In this document: positions 27,508 to 37,252 of the stretch, piece by piece | How positions within the stretch are numbered: the first letter of the stretch is position 1 | Layout: every line of letters starts with the position of its first letter | Notes under the pieces: model-generated | What the model saw: the letters and a program-made list of their open reading frames with translations, nothing else | Told to the model about the DNA's origin: nothing | Database searches by the model: none | Translations under genes and position numbers: made by a program | Assembly (NCBI GenBank): GCA_013154295.1 | Contig: JAADCS010000168.1 | Span: forward strand, 3,141 to 67,140 | DNA length: 64,000 bases | Source: Thermotogota bacterium | GTDB lineage: Bacteria > Hydrothermota > Hydrothermia > LBFQ01 | Reading direction: 5' to 3'

Positions 27508-29358
27508 ATGCACGTGCCAATCCTGAAGGTGGAGATAGCGGTTCCAAAGGAAAAATGGAAGAAACTTTTGAACACCCTGTCCTACTGGGGCAACTTCCAC
27601 ATTGAGGAATATACGGGAGAGCATCGGTTTCCTCTGTCGAAAGAGGAGGAGGAGGAGCGCAAAAGGGCCAGAAAGATCCTAAGCCTCATTTCAGAGGTGG
27701 AGGCCTTTTTTGGGGAGTTAGAGGATCTGCCAGTGGAATCCCAACTGGATCTTGAAAAGGTACAAAACATCAGATCAGAGGTGGTTCAGGTGGGCAGGCA
27801 ACTCCAGATGCTGGAGGAGGAAAGGAAACGTCTGCTTGACTACTTGGCACTTTCGGAGGCACTCCCGGAGGGTAATCCCCTGGTTGTGATTTTGGGGCGT
27901 GGAGAGATAGCTGCAAAGGGGTTGCTGTTTGAACTTCTGGAAAAGCTGGGTCTGTCCTACACGGAAAGGATGGTAGATGGGAAGGTGGCGGTCATAGTTG
28001 ATGTGCAGGATAAAAATCACGGGGATGTAGAGAATACCCTAGTTCAAAAGGGTTTCACTCTGCTCAAACCACCTAAGGGGTACGCCAATTTGAACGAGGT
28101 ACGTAAGGCCTTGCAGGAGATTTTGCCCAAGCGTATAGAGGAGTTAAGGCACATCTTGAAGGAACTGAAAGAGAAATACGCCAACTTCCTCAGAAGCCAG
28201 AAGTTCGTAGCCCGTGATCTTTTAAACCTGTTTCGCTGGAAAGAGAAAAGCTTCTCGGCATCGCGATTTCTGGCCTTCGTAAAAGGATGGATACCAGCCC
28301 ACAGACTTTCGGAGCTAAAAACGCTCCTCCATAGAGTGGATCCCGATGCCTTTATAAAGACCGAGGAGCCACAGGTGGCCGAATACGAAAACGTCCCCGT
28401 CGCACTTCAGAACAGGCCGCCTCTCTCGTGGTTCCAAAGTCTTCTGGACGTGTATGCTCCGCCTGTGTACAAAACCTTTGATCCCACTTTGATAATAGCG
28501 CTTTTCTTCCCGCTGTACTACGGATTCATGCTTGGGGATGCTGGATACGGCATCGTGGGGATGTTCCTGTTTTGGGTGCTATCGCGAGTAACCAAACCCG
28601 GTTCCCAAGGGCACAACCTATCCATGGTTTACTTCATAAACTCCCTCATAACCGTCATTTTCGGCCTCATCTTTGGAGAGATTTTCGGGGATTGGGGTAT
28701 AAAGATGGGTATAATAGAGCCACTCTTTCACAGGACCCACAACATTATGGATTTGCTCTTCATAGCTATAGGTTTCGGATTCTTCCAGATACTCTTGAGC
28801 ATGCTTATAGGGGTTTGGAACAACTGGGTATTGAGACATATAGACCACGCTCTGTTTGAACTGGGAAGGTTCTTCGCCATACTTGGAATTTTCTTCTTAA
28901 TTGTTTCGAACCTTGGAGCGATAGGCATGGAACGGCCCTGGCTCAAATCTATCTCTGCCTTTTCTTCCATCCTAACTCCATTGGGAGCCGCATCCTTCGT
29001 TATAGGGGCCATCTTGGTGTTCATCGGTGAAACCAAGTCCGGAGGTGTGATAAAGGGACTGGTAGGTCAGATAGAGATATTCTCCGCTTTTGGGAACGTC
29101 CTCTCTTACGCCCGTTTGACCGCTGTAGGGCTGGCTTCTGCCATGCTAGCCGAGGTAGCGAACCACTTCGCAGACATGATCCCCATGCCCCTCTTCGCCA
29201 TAACCGTAGTCGTAGCCTTCCACCTCTTAGCTTTCATCCTAGGGATAGTAGACCCTACGATTCAGGGGATGCGACTCCAGTTTGTGGAGGCCTTTACTAA
29301 GTTCTTCCTGCCTGCGAGCAGGATTTTCACACCTATAAGAAAAGGAGGTAGAATATGA
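27508..29358 (+). CDS. ntpI: V-type ATP synthase subunit I (a-type stator/proton channel)
   Basis: N-terminal cytoplasmic coiled-coil domain, then about 7 TMs with the conserved ...LSYARLTAVGLASAMLA... Arg-containing helix. 616 aa from ATG 27508. Confidence 0.8.
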   Translation: MHVPILKVEIAVPKEKWKKLLNTLSYWGNFHIEEYTGEHRFPLSKEEEEERKRARKILSLISEVEAFFGELEDLPVESQLDLEKVQNIRSEVVQVGRQLQMLEEERKRLLDYLALSEALPEGNPLVVILGRGEIAAKGLLFELLEKLGLSYTERMVDGKVAVIVDVQDKNHGDVENTLVQKGFTLLKPPKGYANLNEVRKALQEILPKRIEELRHILKELKEKYANFLRSQKFVARDLLNLFRWKEKSFSASRFLAFVKGWIPAHRLSELKTLLHRVDPDAFIKTEEPQVAEYENVPVALQNRPPLSWFQSLLDVYAPPVYKTFDPTLIIALFFPLYYGFMLGDAGYGIVGMFLFWVLSRVTKPGSQGHNLSMVYFINSLITVIFGLIFGEIFGDWGIKMGIIEPLFHRTHNIMDLLFIAIGFGFFQILLSMLIGVWNNWVLRHIDHALFELGRFFAILGIFFLIVSNLGAIGMERPWLKSISAFSSILTPLGAASFVIGAILVFIGETKSGGVIKGLVGQIEIFSAFGNVLSYARLTAVGLASAMLAEVANHFADMIPMPLFAITVVVAFHLLAFILGIVDPTIQGMRLQFVEAFTKFFLPASRIFTPIRKGGRI

Positions 29359-29651
29359 AGAGGCTACTTGCAACCTTTTTCAGCATAACGCTTTTGCTCA
29401 TGTTCAGTGTGGGTTTTCTTATGGCCGCCGAGGCCGGTGCCAGTAAAGGCTGGGCCGCCTATATAGGTTCCGGGTTGGCCGTGGGATTCTCCGCCTTAGC
29501 CACGGGATACGCGCAGGCCAAAATAGGTGCTGCCGGTGCCGGTGCCTTAGCCGAGGACAAGAGTCTACAGATCCCCATTCTGCTACTCTTAGCCCTCCCC
29601 GAGACCATCGTGATTGTGGGGTTCGTGGCTGCCCTCTTTATTCTTCGCTGA
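29355..29651 (+). CDS. ntpK: V-type ATP synthase subunit K (proteolipid c)
   Basis: Gly/Ala-rich hairpin GSGLAVGFSALATGYAQAKIGAAGAGA and LALPETIVIVGFVAALFIL with the proton-carrying Glu. ATGA overlap with ntpI. Confidence 0.75.
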   Translation: MKRLLATFFSITLLLMFSVGFLMAAEAGASKGWAAYIGSGLAVGFSALATGYAQAKIGAAGAGALAEDKSLQIPILLLLALPETIVIVGFVAALFILR

Positions 29652-29655
29652 GGAA

Positions 29656-30291
29656 GTGGCCTTGAGAGAACTCATAAGAAGGGAGGTCCGCCGGCAGGTC
29701 GAACGTATCCTCAACGAGGCCTACGAGCGGGCCTCCCAGATACTTCATAGGGCCCAGTTGGAGGTAGAGGACATATTAAACGATTACCGCCTTCTGGCCG
29801 ATAGTACATACACGCAGAGCTACCACTCCTTCCTATCCCACTACTACAGCCAAGCGAGAGCTAAAATACTGCGTGCCCAGATAGAGATCCTTGCCTCGGC
29901 CAAATCTGAAGCTTTAGAGGCGCTGCGTGGGGTGGTGGAAGATAGAAATCGCTACCGAGATGTACTCAAAAGACTTTTGGAAGAAACAGTGCCCCATATG
30001 GGCCAAAACGTGAGCGTTCTGGTAAATCCGAGGGATGCTGATCTAATGCGCGAAATCCTAAAGGAACTACCCCAAGAGTGGGTTTTGCGTCCTCCAAAGG
30101 ATGTACAGATGTGGAACGTGGACCTTTCCAAATGGAATGTAGTGGAGGATGAGGGGGTTTGGGCTGGTCTCAAGGTCAAAGATGAGGATCGCAACTTTAT
30201 TCTAAGCAACGATCTAGCTGAACGTTTAGAGAAGGCGTACCAATCGATGCTGGAAAGCTTTAGGAAAGAGGTAGAATACGTTGAGAAGTGA
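29656..30291 (+). CDS. ntpE: V-type ATP synthase subunit E (peripheral stalk)
   Basis: Long N-terminal helix LRELIRREVRRQVERILNEAYERASQILHRAQLEVEDIL and a globular C-terminus. GTG 29656 preceded by GAGGAA. Confidence 0.65.
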   Translation: MALRELIRREVRRQVERILNEAYERASQILHRAQLEVEDILNDYRLLADSTYTQSYHSFLSHYYSQARAKILRAQIEILASAKSEALEALRGVVEDRNRYRDVLKRLLEETVPHMGQNVSVLVNPRDADLMREILKELPQEWVLRPPKDVQMWNVDLSKWNVVEDEGVWAGLKVKDEDRNFILSNDLAERLEKAYQSMLESFRKEVEYVEK

Positions 30292-31222
30292 GTTCTCCGC
30301 TCTCCGCAGGGAGATTTCCAAAGCCGTAGTGGGAGCGGATTCCCTTACGGAGAAGTTATCGGTAGCCCTCTTAACTGGGGGCCACGTTCTCATCGTAGGA
30401 GTTCCGGGGTTGGCTAAGACGCTTTTGGTTAGGGCCTTTGCCAAAGCCTTGGGTTTGACGTTCAATCGCATCCAGTTTACCCCTGACCTTATGCCCTCGG
30501 ATATAACCGGCAGCGAGATCTTCCAGGGGAACAGCTTCGTGTTCGTTAGAGGGCCAGTCTTCGCCAACGTGGTACTGGCCGATGAGATAAACCGTGCTCC
30601 CCCAAAAACCCAAGCGGCTCTCCTTGAGGTTATGCAGGAGAAGAAGGTAACTTACGCCGGCAAAACCTATGATGTGCCTGACCCCTTCTTCGTCTTGGCC
30701 ACCCAAAACCCCATAGAGCAGGAGGGAACCTACCCCCTGCCGGAGGCCCAGCTGGACAGGTTCCTTATGGAGATGGACGTCTCCTATCCATCCTACGAGG
30801 ATGAGGTTAAGATAGCCATGTTGAGTGGCTTCAACGCCCTCAAGGAGATCTCACAGGCTATGGACCGTGAGGATATTCTGCGCCTTCAGAGGGAAGCCGC
30901 CACCTTACCGGTGCCGGATCACGTCGTATCCTACGCCGTTAGGCTCGTGAGAAACACCCGACCACAGGAGGAGAAGGCTCCGAAGATAGTTAAAGAGTTC
31001 GTCAAGTACGGCGCTGGCCCCCGCGCATCCCAGTTTTTGGTCTGGGCCGCCCGCTCCTTGGCATACCTTAGGGACAAGGCGGTGCCTACGAGCGATGAGG
31101 TTAAGGAGCTCTTTTGGGACGTCTTAAAGCATAGGATAATCCTTCACTTTAGGGCCGAGGCTGAGGGTATAGGCGTTGAGGATGTACTTCGTGAGGTCTT
31201 AAAAGCCACCCCCATCAAGTGA
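30281..31222 (+). CDS. MoxR-family AAA+ ATPase
   Basis: GHVLIVGVPGLAKTLLVRAFAKALGLTFNRIQFTPDLMPSDITG, VVLADEINRAPPKTQAALLEVMQE. Overlaps the ntpE stop by 11 nt. Confidence 0.9.
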   Translation: MRSEFSALRREISKAVVGADSLTEKLSVALLTGGHVLIVGVPGLAKTLLVRAFAKALGLTFNRIQFTPDLMPSDITGSEIFQGNSFVFVRGPVFANVVLADEINRAPPKTQAALLEVMQEKKVTYAGKTYDVPDPFFVLATQNPIEQEGTYPLPEAQLDRFLMEMDVSYPSYEDEVKIAMLSGFNALKEISQAMDREDILRLQREAATLPVPDHVVSYAVRLVRNTRPQEEKAPKIVKEFVKYGAGPRASQFLVWAARSLAYLRDKAVPTSDEVKELFWDVLKHRIILHFRAEAEGIGVEDVLREVLKATPIK

Positions 31223-33713
31223 TTTCCACCCTTTTTAGGTGTAGATTCAAAAGCCTTAGAACAGGTTTTGGGGGTGGGCCGAATATGTCCTCCATTTCCC
31301 GGTGCAGCATCTCTATCTCCGGAGGTGAGGAAGCATCCGCCAGGCGCAGATAGTACTCGATCCTACGATCCTCATCCTTTATGTAATCGGATGGTATATA
31401 GGCTTGGGGGTCCTCTCTGATCCTCCCTTCCCTCTCCAAACCCAAGGCCCTCCTTAGGAAGCGCAAATAGAGTTTGAAGCCCACTTTGGCGGCCTTGCCG
31501 TGTTGCTTTATCCCCAGAAGTTCACCCATACCTCTAAGCTCAAGATCCCTCATCGCCAGCTTGTAACCTTCACCTAAAGAGGAATACATAGCTAAGAAGT
31601 CCAATCGTTTTTTGGCCTCACGGCTTAAGGGAGGACGATAGAGGAGATAGGCGTAGGCCTGCACTGTCCAACGTCCTACCCTTCCCCTAAGTTGATGGAG
31701 CTGCGAAAGACCCATCCTCTCCGGTGATTCAACTATCAGAGTGTTGGCGTTTCTAAAGTCAAGACCGGCCTCCACTATGGCCGTGGAAACCAGTACCTTT
31801 ACGCGATCTTCGTAAAAATCCTCCATGACACGGCGCACGTGTCGCCGTGGCATACGTCCGTGCAACATCTCCATAGGAACACCGGGTAAAAGCTCCCGTA
31901 GTCTTTTTAACACTCCCTCCAAACCTTCTATGCGATTGAATACGTAGAACACTTGGCCGTTTCTTTTCAACTCTCTATTTATAGCCTCGATGACCAAGCG
32001 ATCATCGTATTTGCCTATGTAGGTGATCACGGGAAGACGCCCCGGCGGAGGTGTCCGTAGGTAGGAAACTTGCACAATTCCCTCAAGTCCTAAGGCTAAC
32101 GTGCGGGGTATGGGAGTAGCCGAAAGATAAAGGTAATCGGCCTTTGGATTCAAAGCCTTGAAATGTTCCTTCTGGAGTACTCCAAAGTGTTGTTCCTCGT
32201 CTACCACTACCAACCCTACATCTTCAAGTTTCATTCTCAAGAGGGCATGGGTTCCCACGTATAGAGCTGGTCCCTCACCTACATTTCTCATAAGGCGAGA
32301 GACCACATAGACCGGCATGCCGAACTCTTTCAACCTCGGCAAAAAATTCCTGTAATGCTGTTGGGCCAGAAGCGTACTTGGGACGAGCCAAACGACCGAC
32401 CGACCATGGCCCAAAACCCTAAAGGCAGCCCTTAAAGCTACCTCCGTTTTGCCGAAGGCCACCTCACCTATAAGAAGCCTCTCCATGATGAAATCACTCT
32501 CCAGATCCCCCAAAATATCTTCTAAAGCTCGCCTCTGATCTTCGGTCTCGTCGTAAGGGAACGTAGCCCAAAACTCCCTCTCTTTAGGCACCGAAGTGTA
32601 GCGATACCCCCTTGGAACTCGCCTTTCAACCATGAGATTGAGAATTCGACGAGCTATATCCGAACTTTCAAGCAGTGCCTTAGCTTTGTCCTTTTCCCAG
32701 GCCTTGCGATTCAACGAGGATATTGGCGGATCGTAACCTTCGGGACCTACATACTTACTCAACTTACTCGTCTTATAGACGGGAACCGACAACCTTCCGT
32801 CGGAGTACTGTAGGAGTATCACCTCACCTACCTCCCTTCTTTCAAGGCCCAAGAATACTCCTATACCGTAATCTTCATGCACCACGTAATCACCTGACTC
32901 CAGGTAACGGGGTGTCTTTATCTTTACCCTGGATAGGAGGAGGGATCGCCTTCCGGGTCTTGCGCCAAGTATCTCCCACTCACCTATGTAAGCCTTCTTC
33001 CGTTCATCGTCGACGAACCCTTCGTATAGGTTCCCAGGTAAGAGCTTAACACCCAACCCCTCAAACAGGGCCAACCTTATAGGATTACCCGCAAAGAGAA
33101 TCTCATATCCGGAACGACGTAGATACCCCACATAGTCCCGTGCCTTCCTAAAGTCTCCAAACGGCGGATTAAATCTCACATGCCTATAGGGAACCCGTAT
33201 CTCCACTACCCTAAGATCTTTTGTAGAGGGAATGAGAAATAAGAAACCTCGTATCCTGCCCGTGCTCAACTGCGTGAAGGGGGAAAATTCCCGGATCTCT
33301 TCCACTTCGTCACCCAGAAGCAAAATACGGTAGGCATCGTTTTCAAATACTATATCAAGTATTCCCCCCCTTATGGCAAATTCTCCGGGTTTCTCTGCGA
33401 ATTCAACTCTATTGAACCCAATATCTACCAATTGCCTTGCAAAATCTTGGACATTGATCTTTGATCCTACCTCAACGATAAAAGGTTGAACACGACGCTC
33501 GTTCCCTATTAGCAGTATCCTTCCATCAGCTGATAGAGGTGCGGACCAACGTCCCACCTCATGAGTGGGAAGCGCGGGTAGATTGAAGGATCGTAACTCT
33601 TCCATCACTTCTTCAACCTTAGAATGCAACTGTAGGAAACCTATTCCTTCCCAAGCGTTGTCTAAAACACTGAGGCTCATAAAACCTGAAGGAAATACTT
33701 CCCTATCCCTCAT
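31215..33713 (-). CDS. mfd: transcription-repair coupling factor, short-N-terminus form
   Basis: CarD/RID motif ESGDYVVHEDYGIGVF, SF2 helicase motifs (GEVAFGKTEVALRAA, VVDEEQHFG, LSATPIPRTL, QLHQLRGRVGR), C-terminal TRG/D7 region. 832 aa. Confidence 0.85.
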   Translation of the reverse strand: MRDREVFPSGFMSLSVLDNAWEGIGFLQLHSKVEEVMEELRSFNLPALPTHEVGRWSAPLSADGRILLIGNERRVQPFIVEVGSKINVQDFARQLVDIGFNRVEFAEKPGEFAIRGGILDIVFENDAYRILLLGDEVEEIREFSPFTQLSTGRIRGFLFLIPSTKDLRVVEIRVPYRHVRFNPPFGDFRKARDYVGYLRRSGYEILFAGNPIRLALFEGLGVKLLPGNLYEGFVDDERKKAYIGEWEILGARPGRRSLLLSRVKIKTPRYLESGDYVVHEDYGIGVFLGLERREVGEVILLQYSDGRLSVPVYKTSKLSKYVGPEGYDPPISSLNRKAWEKDKAKALLESSDIARRILNLMVERRVPRGYRYTSVPKEREFWATFPYDETEDQRRALEDILGDLESDFIMERLLIGEVAFGKTEVALRAAFRVLGHGRSVVWLVPSTLLAQQHYRNFLPRLKEFGMPVYVVSRLMRNVGEGPALYVGTHALLRMKLEDVGLVVVDEEQHFGVLQKEHFKALNPKADYLYLSATPIPRTLALGLEGIVQVSYLRTPPPGRLPVITYIGKYDDRLVIEAINRELKRNGQVFYVFNRIEGLEGVLKRLRELLPGVPMEMLHGRMPRRHVRRVMEDFYEDRVKVLVSTAIVEAGLDFRNANTLIVESPERMGLSQLHQLRGRVGRWTVQAYAYLLYRPPLSREAKKRLDFLAMYSSLGEGYKLAMRDLELRGMGELLGIKQHGKAAKVGFKLYLRFLRRALGLEREGRIREDPQAYIPSDYIKDEDRRIEYYLRLADASSPPEIEMLHREMEDIFGPPPKPVLRLLNLHLKRVEIT

Positions 33714-33787
33714 TAATCGTTTTTCGGCAACCTGATTTTAAAATTTCCACCAGAACCTTTACCTTCACCTCCTCTGTCATCATACCC

Positions 33788-35857
33788 CTATCTTAATATC
33801 ACTCGCGAATCTACTGCTACCACTCCCTCCCCTTCCGGAAGTGCGAACAGGGGATTTATATCTAACTCCCTTATCTGGGGGAACTTCTCCACCAGTTTGG
33901 CAACCTTCAAAATGGCATCCTCTATGGCTGGAATATCAGCTCTCGGTTCATCCCTGAAAGCTTCCAGCATGTTGTAACCTTTTATGCTCCTAACCATGTG
34001 TTGAACCCAAGGTCTCCCGAAGGGTATCACACCCAAGGAGACATCCTTAAAAACTTCAACCATTATCCCACCGAGACCGAATAGAACCACGTGGCCGAAA
34101 AGTTCATCGTGCTTGGCCCCTACTATAAGTTCACGTCGGCTCTTTACCATCTCCTGTATCAGAAAACCCTTGAATCTCACGCCGTGCCTATGAGCGTTTT
34201 CCTTCATCTCCTTGATCCTCTTTAGGAGCATCTCTTCGTCCTTCACGTTCAGAGCAACTCCTCCTACATCCGTCTTGTGTATTCCCTCGTCGGCCACAAT
34301 CTTAACGGCAAGGGGGTAACGAAGCCCCTTCACGTAACCGATAGGATCTTCATCCAAAGGGACGAAACGGTAAGGGGCCACCTTTATGCCTATCGCCTCT
34401 ATCAAAGCCAGAGACTCAACCAGATCCAGCTTGTCCTTTCCCTCTAATATTCCGGCCACCCTCTGGACGTCTATAACGGCGGGGTTGTGGGTATCCATGA
34501 ACCGGGGTTTGTAGATGTAGTAGTCGCGACTGACGGCCAGAGCCTTGAGGGCATCTCCCGGTTCGTCAAAGAGGGGGAAGTCGTACATCTTCTTGACAGT
34601 GGCCACCTCCTCCTGCGTACTAAAGATCACCACGGCTATGGGCTTGTCGTACTTCTCGGAAAGAGCTTTTATCTTTGGAATGAGAGGACGGGAGATGTTG
34701 GCCTGGTTGGGTGAGTACACATGCAAAAAGACCAGGCCGTCCAGCTGGGTTTCTTTCAGAGCCTGCTCTATTACAGCCACGTACAGGTTGAAGTCGAACA
34801 TATCACCCAAGTCAAGGGGATTGGTCGGATTTATCACGTTGGCCCGGAAGTACTTGCGCACTTCCTTGAGGAAGCGATCGGAGAAAGGAACCAACTGGAA
34901 GTGGTACTCGTCAACAGCATCAGCTGCCACCACGGCATGACCTCCGGAACGGGAGATTACGGCCAAGCGATTGCCCCTCATAGGCGGTAGAGAGAAAGCC
35001 TTGGCGGCGTTTATCATATCGTGGAGGGTATGTACCCGAACGAAACCCAGCTGTCGGATAGCCGCATCTACTATTCTATCATCTACAGCCAGAGATGCCG
35101 TATGGGATTTGGCGATATTCTGACTGGACGTCCCCGTATTGGACTTATGGATTATCACCGGTTTGGTCACATGTTTGCCGACCTCCATGAAGCGTCGCCC
35201 ATCCTTTATTCCTTCCAGATACATGCCGACGATTCGGGTGGAGGGGTCGGCGTTTAGGTACTCTAAGAAGTCATTCTCGTCCATCTGGAGTTTATTTCCC
35301 AAGCTCACGAACTTGTTTATCCCTAGATTCTCAAAGGACAGTAGGTCTATGTAGGACAGTCCGATACCACCGCTCTGGGAGAGGATGGAGATGTTACCGG
35401 CCTTGGTGGTCTCCGGATACATGGCCGTGAAGGGTAAAACTACCCCCTTCTCCATGTTTATGATACCGAGACCGTTGGGACCCACGAATTTTATTCCGTA
35501 GTTCTCGGCTATATCCAGCATCTGACGTTCCAGGACTTTACGGTCCTCAGCGAACTCCCCGAAGCCGGCCGACTCTATCACCACCCTCTTTATCCCCTTC
35601 TTGCCGCAAACCTCCAGAATGTGGGGCACGGTGTTGGCCGGTGTGATTATCACGGCTAAATCTATACCAGGCGGAACCTCGTTTAGATCGCTTATTATCT
35701 GCTGACCGTACAGAACACCACCACGGGGCGAATACATGTATATCCTTCCGGGGTAATTAAACCTTAGAAGGTTACCCACGATCACACGACCCAAGTTTCC
35801 AGGGCGAGGAGAAGCCCCAAACACTATGATACTGTCCGGATAGAAGAGTTTCTCCAT
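33788..35857 (-). CDS. ADP-forming acetyl-CoA synthetase / acyl-CoA ligase (fused alpha-beta, CoA-binding plus ATP-grasp)
   Basis: LFYPDSIIVFGASPRPGNLGRVI CoA-binding start, SQSGGIG, C-terminal ATP-grasp (LAVKIVADEGIHKTDVGGV). 689 aa. Confidence 0.85.
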   Translation of the reverse strand: MEKLFYPDSIIVFGASPRPGNLGRVIVGNLLRFNYPGRIYMYSPRGGVLYGQQIISDLNEVPPGIDLAVIITPANTVPHILEVCGKKGIKRVVIESAGFGEFAEDRKVLERQMLDIAENYGIKFVGPNGLGIINMEKGVVLPFTAMYPETTKAGNISILSQSGGIGLSYIDLLSFENLGINKFVSLGNKLQMDENDFLEYLNADPSTRIVGMYLEGIKDGRRFMEVGKHVTKPVIIHKSNTGTSSQNIAKSHTASLAVDDRIVDAAIRQLGFVRVHTLHDMINAAKAFSLPPMRGNRLAVISRSGGHAVVAADAVDEYHFQLVPFSDRFLKEVRKYFRANVINPTNPLDLGDMFDFNLYVAVIEQALKETQLDGLVFLHVYSPNQANISRPLIPKIKALSEKYDKPIAVVIFSTQEEVATVKKMYDFPLFDEPGDALKALAVSRDYYIYKPRFMDTHNPAVIDVQRVAGILEGKDKLDLVESLALIEAIGIKVAPYRFVPLDEDPIGYVKGLRYPLAVKIVADEGIHKTDVGGVALNVKDEEMLLKRIKEMKENAHRHGVRFKGFLIQEMVKSRRELIVGAKHDELFGHVVLFGLGGIMVEVFKDVSLGVIPFGRPWVQHMVRSIKGYNMLEAFRDEPRADIPAIEDAILKVAKLVEKFPQIRELDINPLFALPEGEGVVAVDSRVILR

Positions 35858-35866
35858 AGACCTTGG

Positions 35867-35872
35867 ATTCTA
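35867..35872 (-). promoter_or_regulatory. -10 box, leaderless-type promoter of the acetyl-CoA synthetase gene
   Basis: The minus strand reads CATAGAATCCAAGGTCT-ATG (9 nt spacer). Confidence 0.4.
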
Positions 35873-35973
35873 TGAGAGTAAGGAGGAGGATTAAGGATAC
35901 GCGATGCACTCGTTTGGAGATTACACCACGTTAAAGATCGTTACATCTCCCTTCACAGATAACGTTTCGGGGA

Positions 35974-35979
35974 TATACT
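35974..35979 (+). promoter_or_regulatory. -10 box, leaderless-type promoter of the cytochrome gene
   Basis: GGATATACTAACGGCCT-ATG (8 nt spacer). Confidence 0.4.
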
Positions 35980-35987
35980 AACGGCCT

Positions 35988-37244
35988 ATGCGTAAACTTT
36001 TCGGAGTAGGAATTTTTGCCGCAATAATAACGGGGACAGCTATACTACTGGCCCAATCTGATCCCCAACCACAATCGGCCACCGAATCCTTGGAAGCCGA
36101 GATGCCCCAGCCCCAACCACAAGAGACACCTACCGAACCGACGATTCAAGAGGAAACATCTCAATCCGAAACCCCCGCTTCCGATGAGGAGAAAGGCGGG
36201 GAGAGGAAAGGCCTACCGGAATTCAAGGCCGGAGATTACGTCTATGAGCTTCCTCCCAAGAGCCTTGACAACTACTATCCACCTGTAGCCAGAAAGGCCA
36301 AGACTTATCCTGCCTATATGGATACGCTCGGTAGACGTTTCTACGATCTGGTTGTTGATCTGAACGCACTCTTCTTCAACAGGGAGGATGCGGAGGTCTC
36401 CTACTTCCTTTTCAAAGATTACTACCAATTCGTAGCCGATCTTGTACCGGATTGGAAGGATATGTTCCTTCTTGATGAGGTGGAACAGCTCGGTAAGGAA
36501 CTCGGTTTTATAAAGGACTCCACCGATACCACCTCCCAAGAGCAGATAGAGAAGGATAAGAAAGCCATAGGAAAGACCGAAAAGGTTAGTGAAAAAGCCA
36601 AGGCTCTCGTTAAGAAGATAGAATACTCCTGCAGAGCTTGCCATATAACAGAGATCCCCCGCGTCTACGCCCGTTATTACTGGCAAACGAGGGATCGTCG
36701 TTCCAACATGGCCACCTTCATGGTAAGAGATCCTATAAAGCGAAAGAAGATGCCTTACCGGGAATTCAAGAGGGAACTCCAGCGGGATTACTACACGATA
36801 CTGCGCAGTATAGACAAGGGATCACGGAAGCAGTTACGTCAGAGTGTGCGCCGCTTCGTTAAGAGGTTCAACTACAACCAGAGCCTATGTTCCAAATGCC
36901 ACGACACCGATCCGTATCTCTTTACCACACCCACGATAGGCGAACTCGTGAGTGACTTGGATAAGGAGGCCAACAAGAGGGTACCGAGCAAGGCTGTTCT
37001 CCGCCGTACCTTATCCTCCCTGTACGTGCAGAACTGCAAAGGATGCCATAGGGTACATGTACCCACCACCTACGTACAGAGATGGTGGTACGGTCAGTTT
37101 GATAAACCACCGGAGGTGCCAGCGGACCAGGAGAGTGAACCTGTACTCAACGAGACTCCTCAACAAGAAGGACAACAACCCATCCAGGAGGAAAGCGAGG
37201 AGCAGCCCAAGGAGGAGGGTGAGACCGAGGGTACCCAAAAGTAA
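35988..37244 (+). CDS. secreted tri-haem c-type cytochrome (unassigned family)
   Basis: Signal peptide MRKLFGVGIFAAIITGTAILLAQ. Three CxxCH motifs: CRACH (36630-36644), CSKCH (36888-36902), CKGCH (37035-37049). Q/E/P-rich N- and C-terminal tails. Confidence 0.7.
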   Translation: MRKLFGVGIFAAIITGTAILLAQSDPQPQSATESLEAEMPQPQPQETPTEPTIQEETSQSETPASDEEKGGERKGLPEFKAGDYVYELPPKSLDNYYPPVARKAKTYPAYMDTLGRRFYDLVVDLNALFFNREDAEVSYFLFKDYYQFVADLVPDWKDMFLLDEVEQLGKELGFIKDSTDTTSQEQIEKDKKAIGKTEKVSEKAKALVKKIEYSCRACHITEIPRVYARYYWQTRDRRSNMATFMVRDPIKRKKMPYREFKRELQRDYYTILRSIDKGSRKQLRQSVRRFVKRFNYNQSLCSKCHDTDPYLFTTPTIGELVSDLDKEANKRVPSKAVLRRTLSSLYVQNCKGCHRVHVPTTYVQRWWYGQFDKPPEVPADQESEPVLNETPQQEGQQPIQEESEEQPKEEGETEGTQK

Positions 37245-37252
37245 CGACAGCC

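Noticed and set aside
33714-33787. A 26-codon minus-strand ORF (MMTEEVKVKVLVEILKSGCRKTINEG) upstream of and overlapping the mfd start.
   Set aside because: There is no supporting signal. The region more likely holds the mfd promoter, with a TAAAAT box at 33735-33740 giving a leader of about 14 nt.
35881-35981. A strong SD-like AGGAGGAGGA (35881-35890) and a 25-codon ORF (35904-35981) ending 6 nt before the cytochrome start. This could be a leader peptide.
   Set aside because: The SD-to-ATG spacing (13-14 nt) is poor. The cytochrome gene already has a TATACT box 8 nt upstream, which would place its TSS downstream of this ORF. No attenuator structure is seen.
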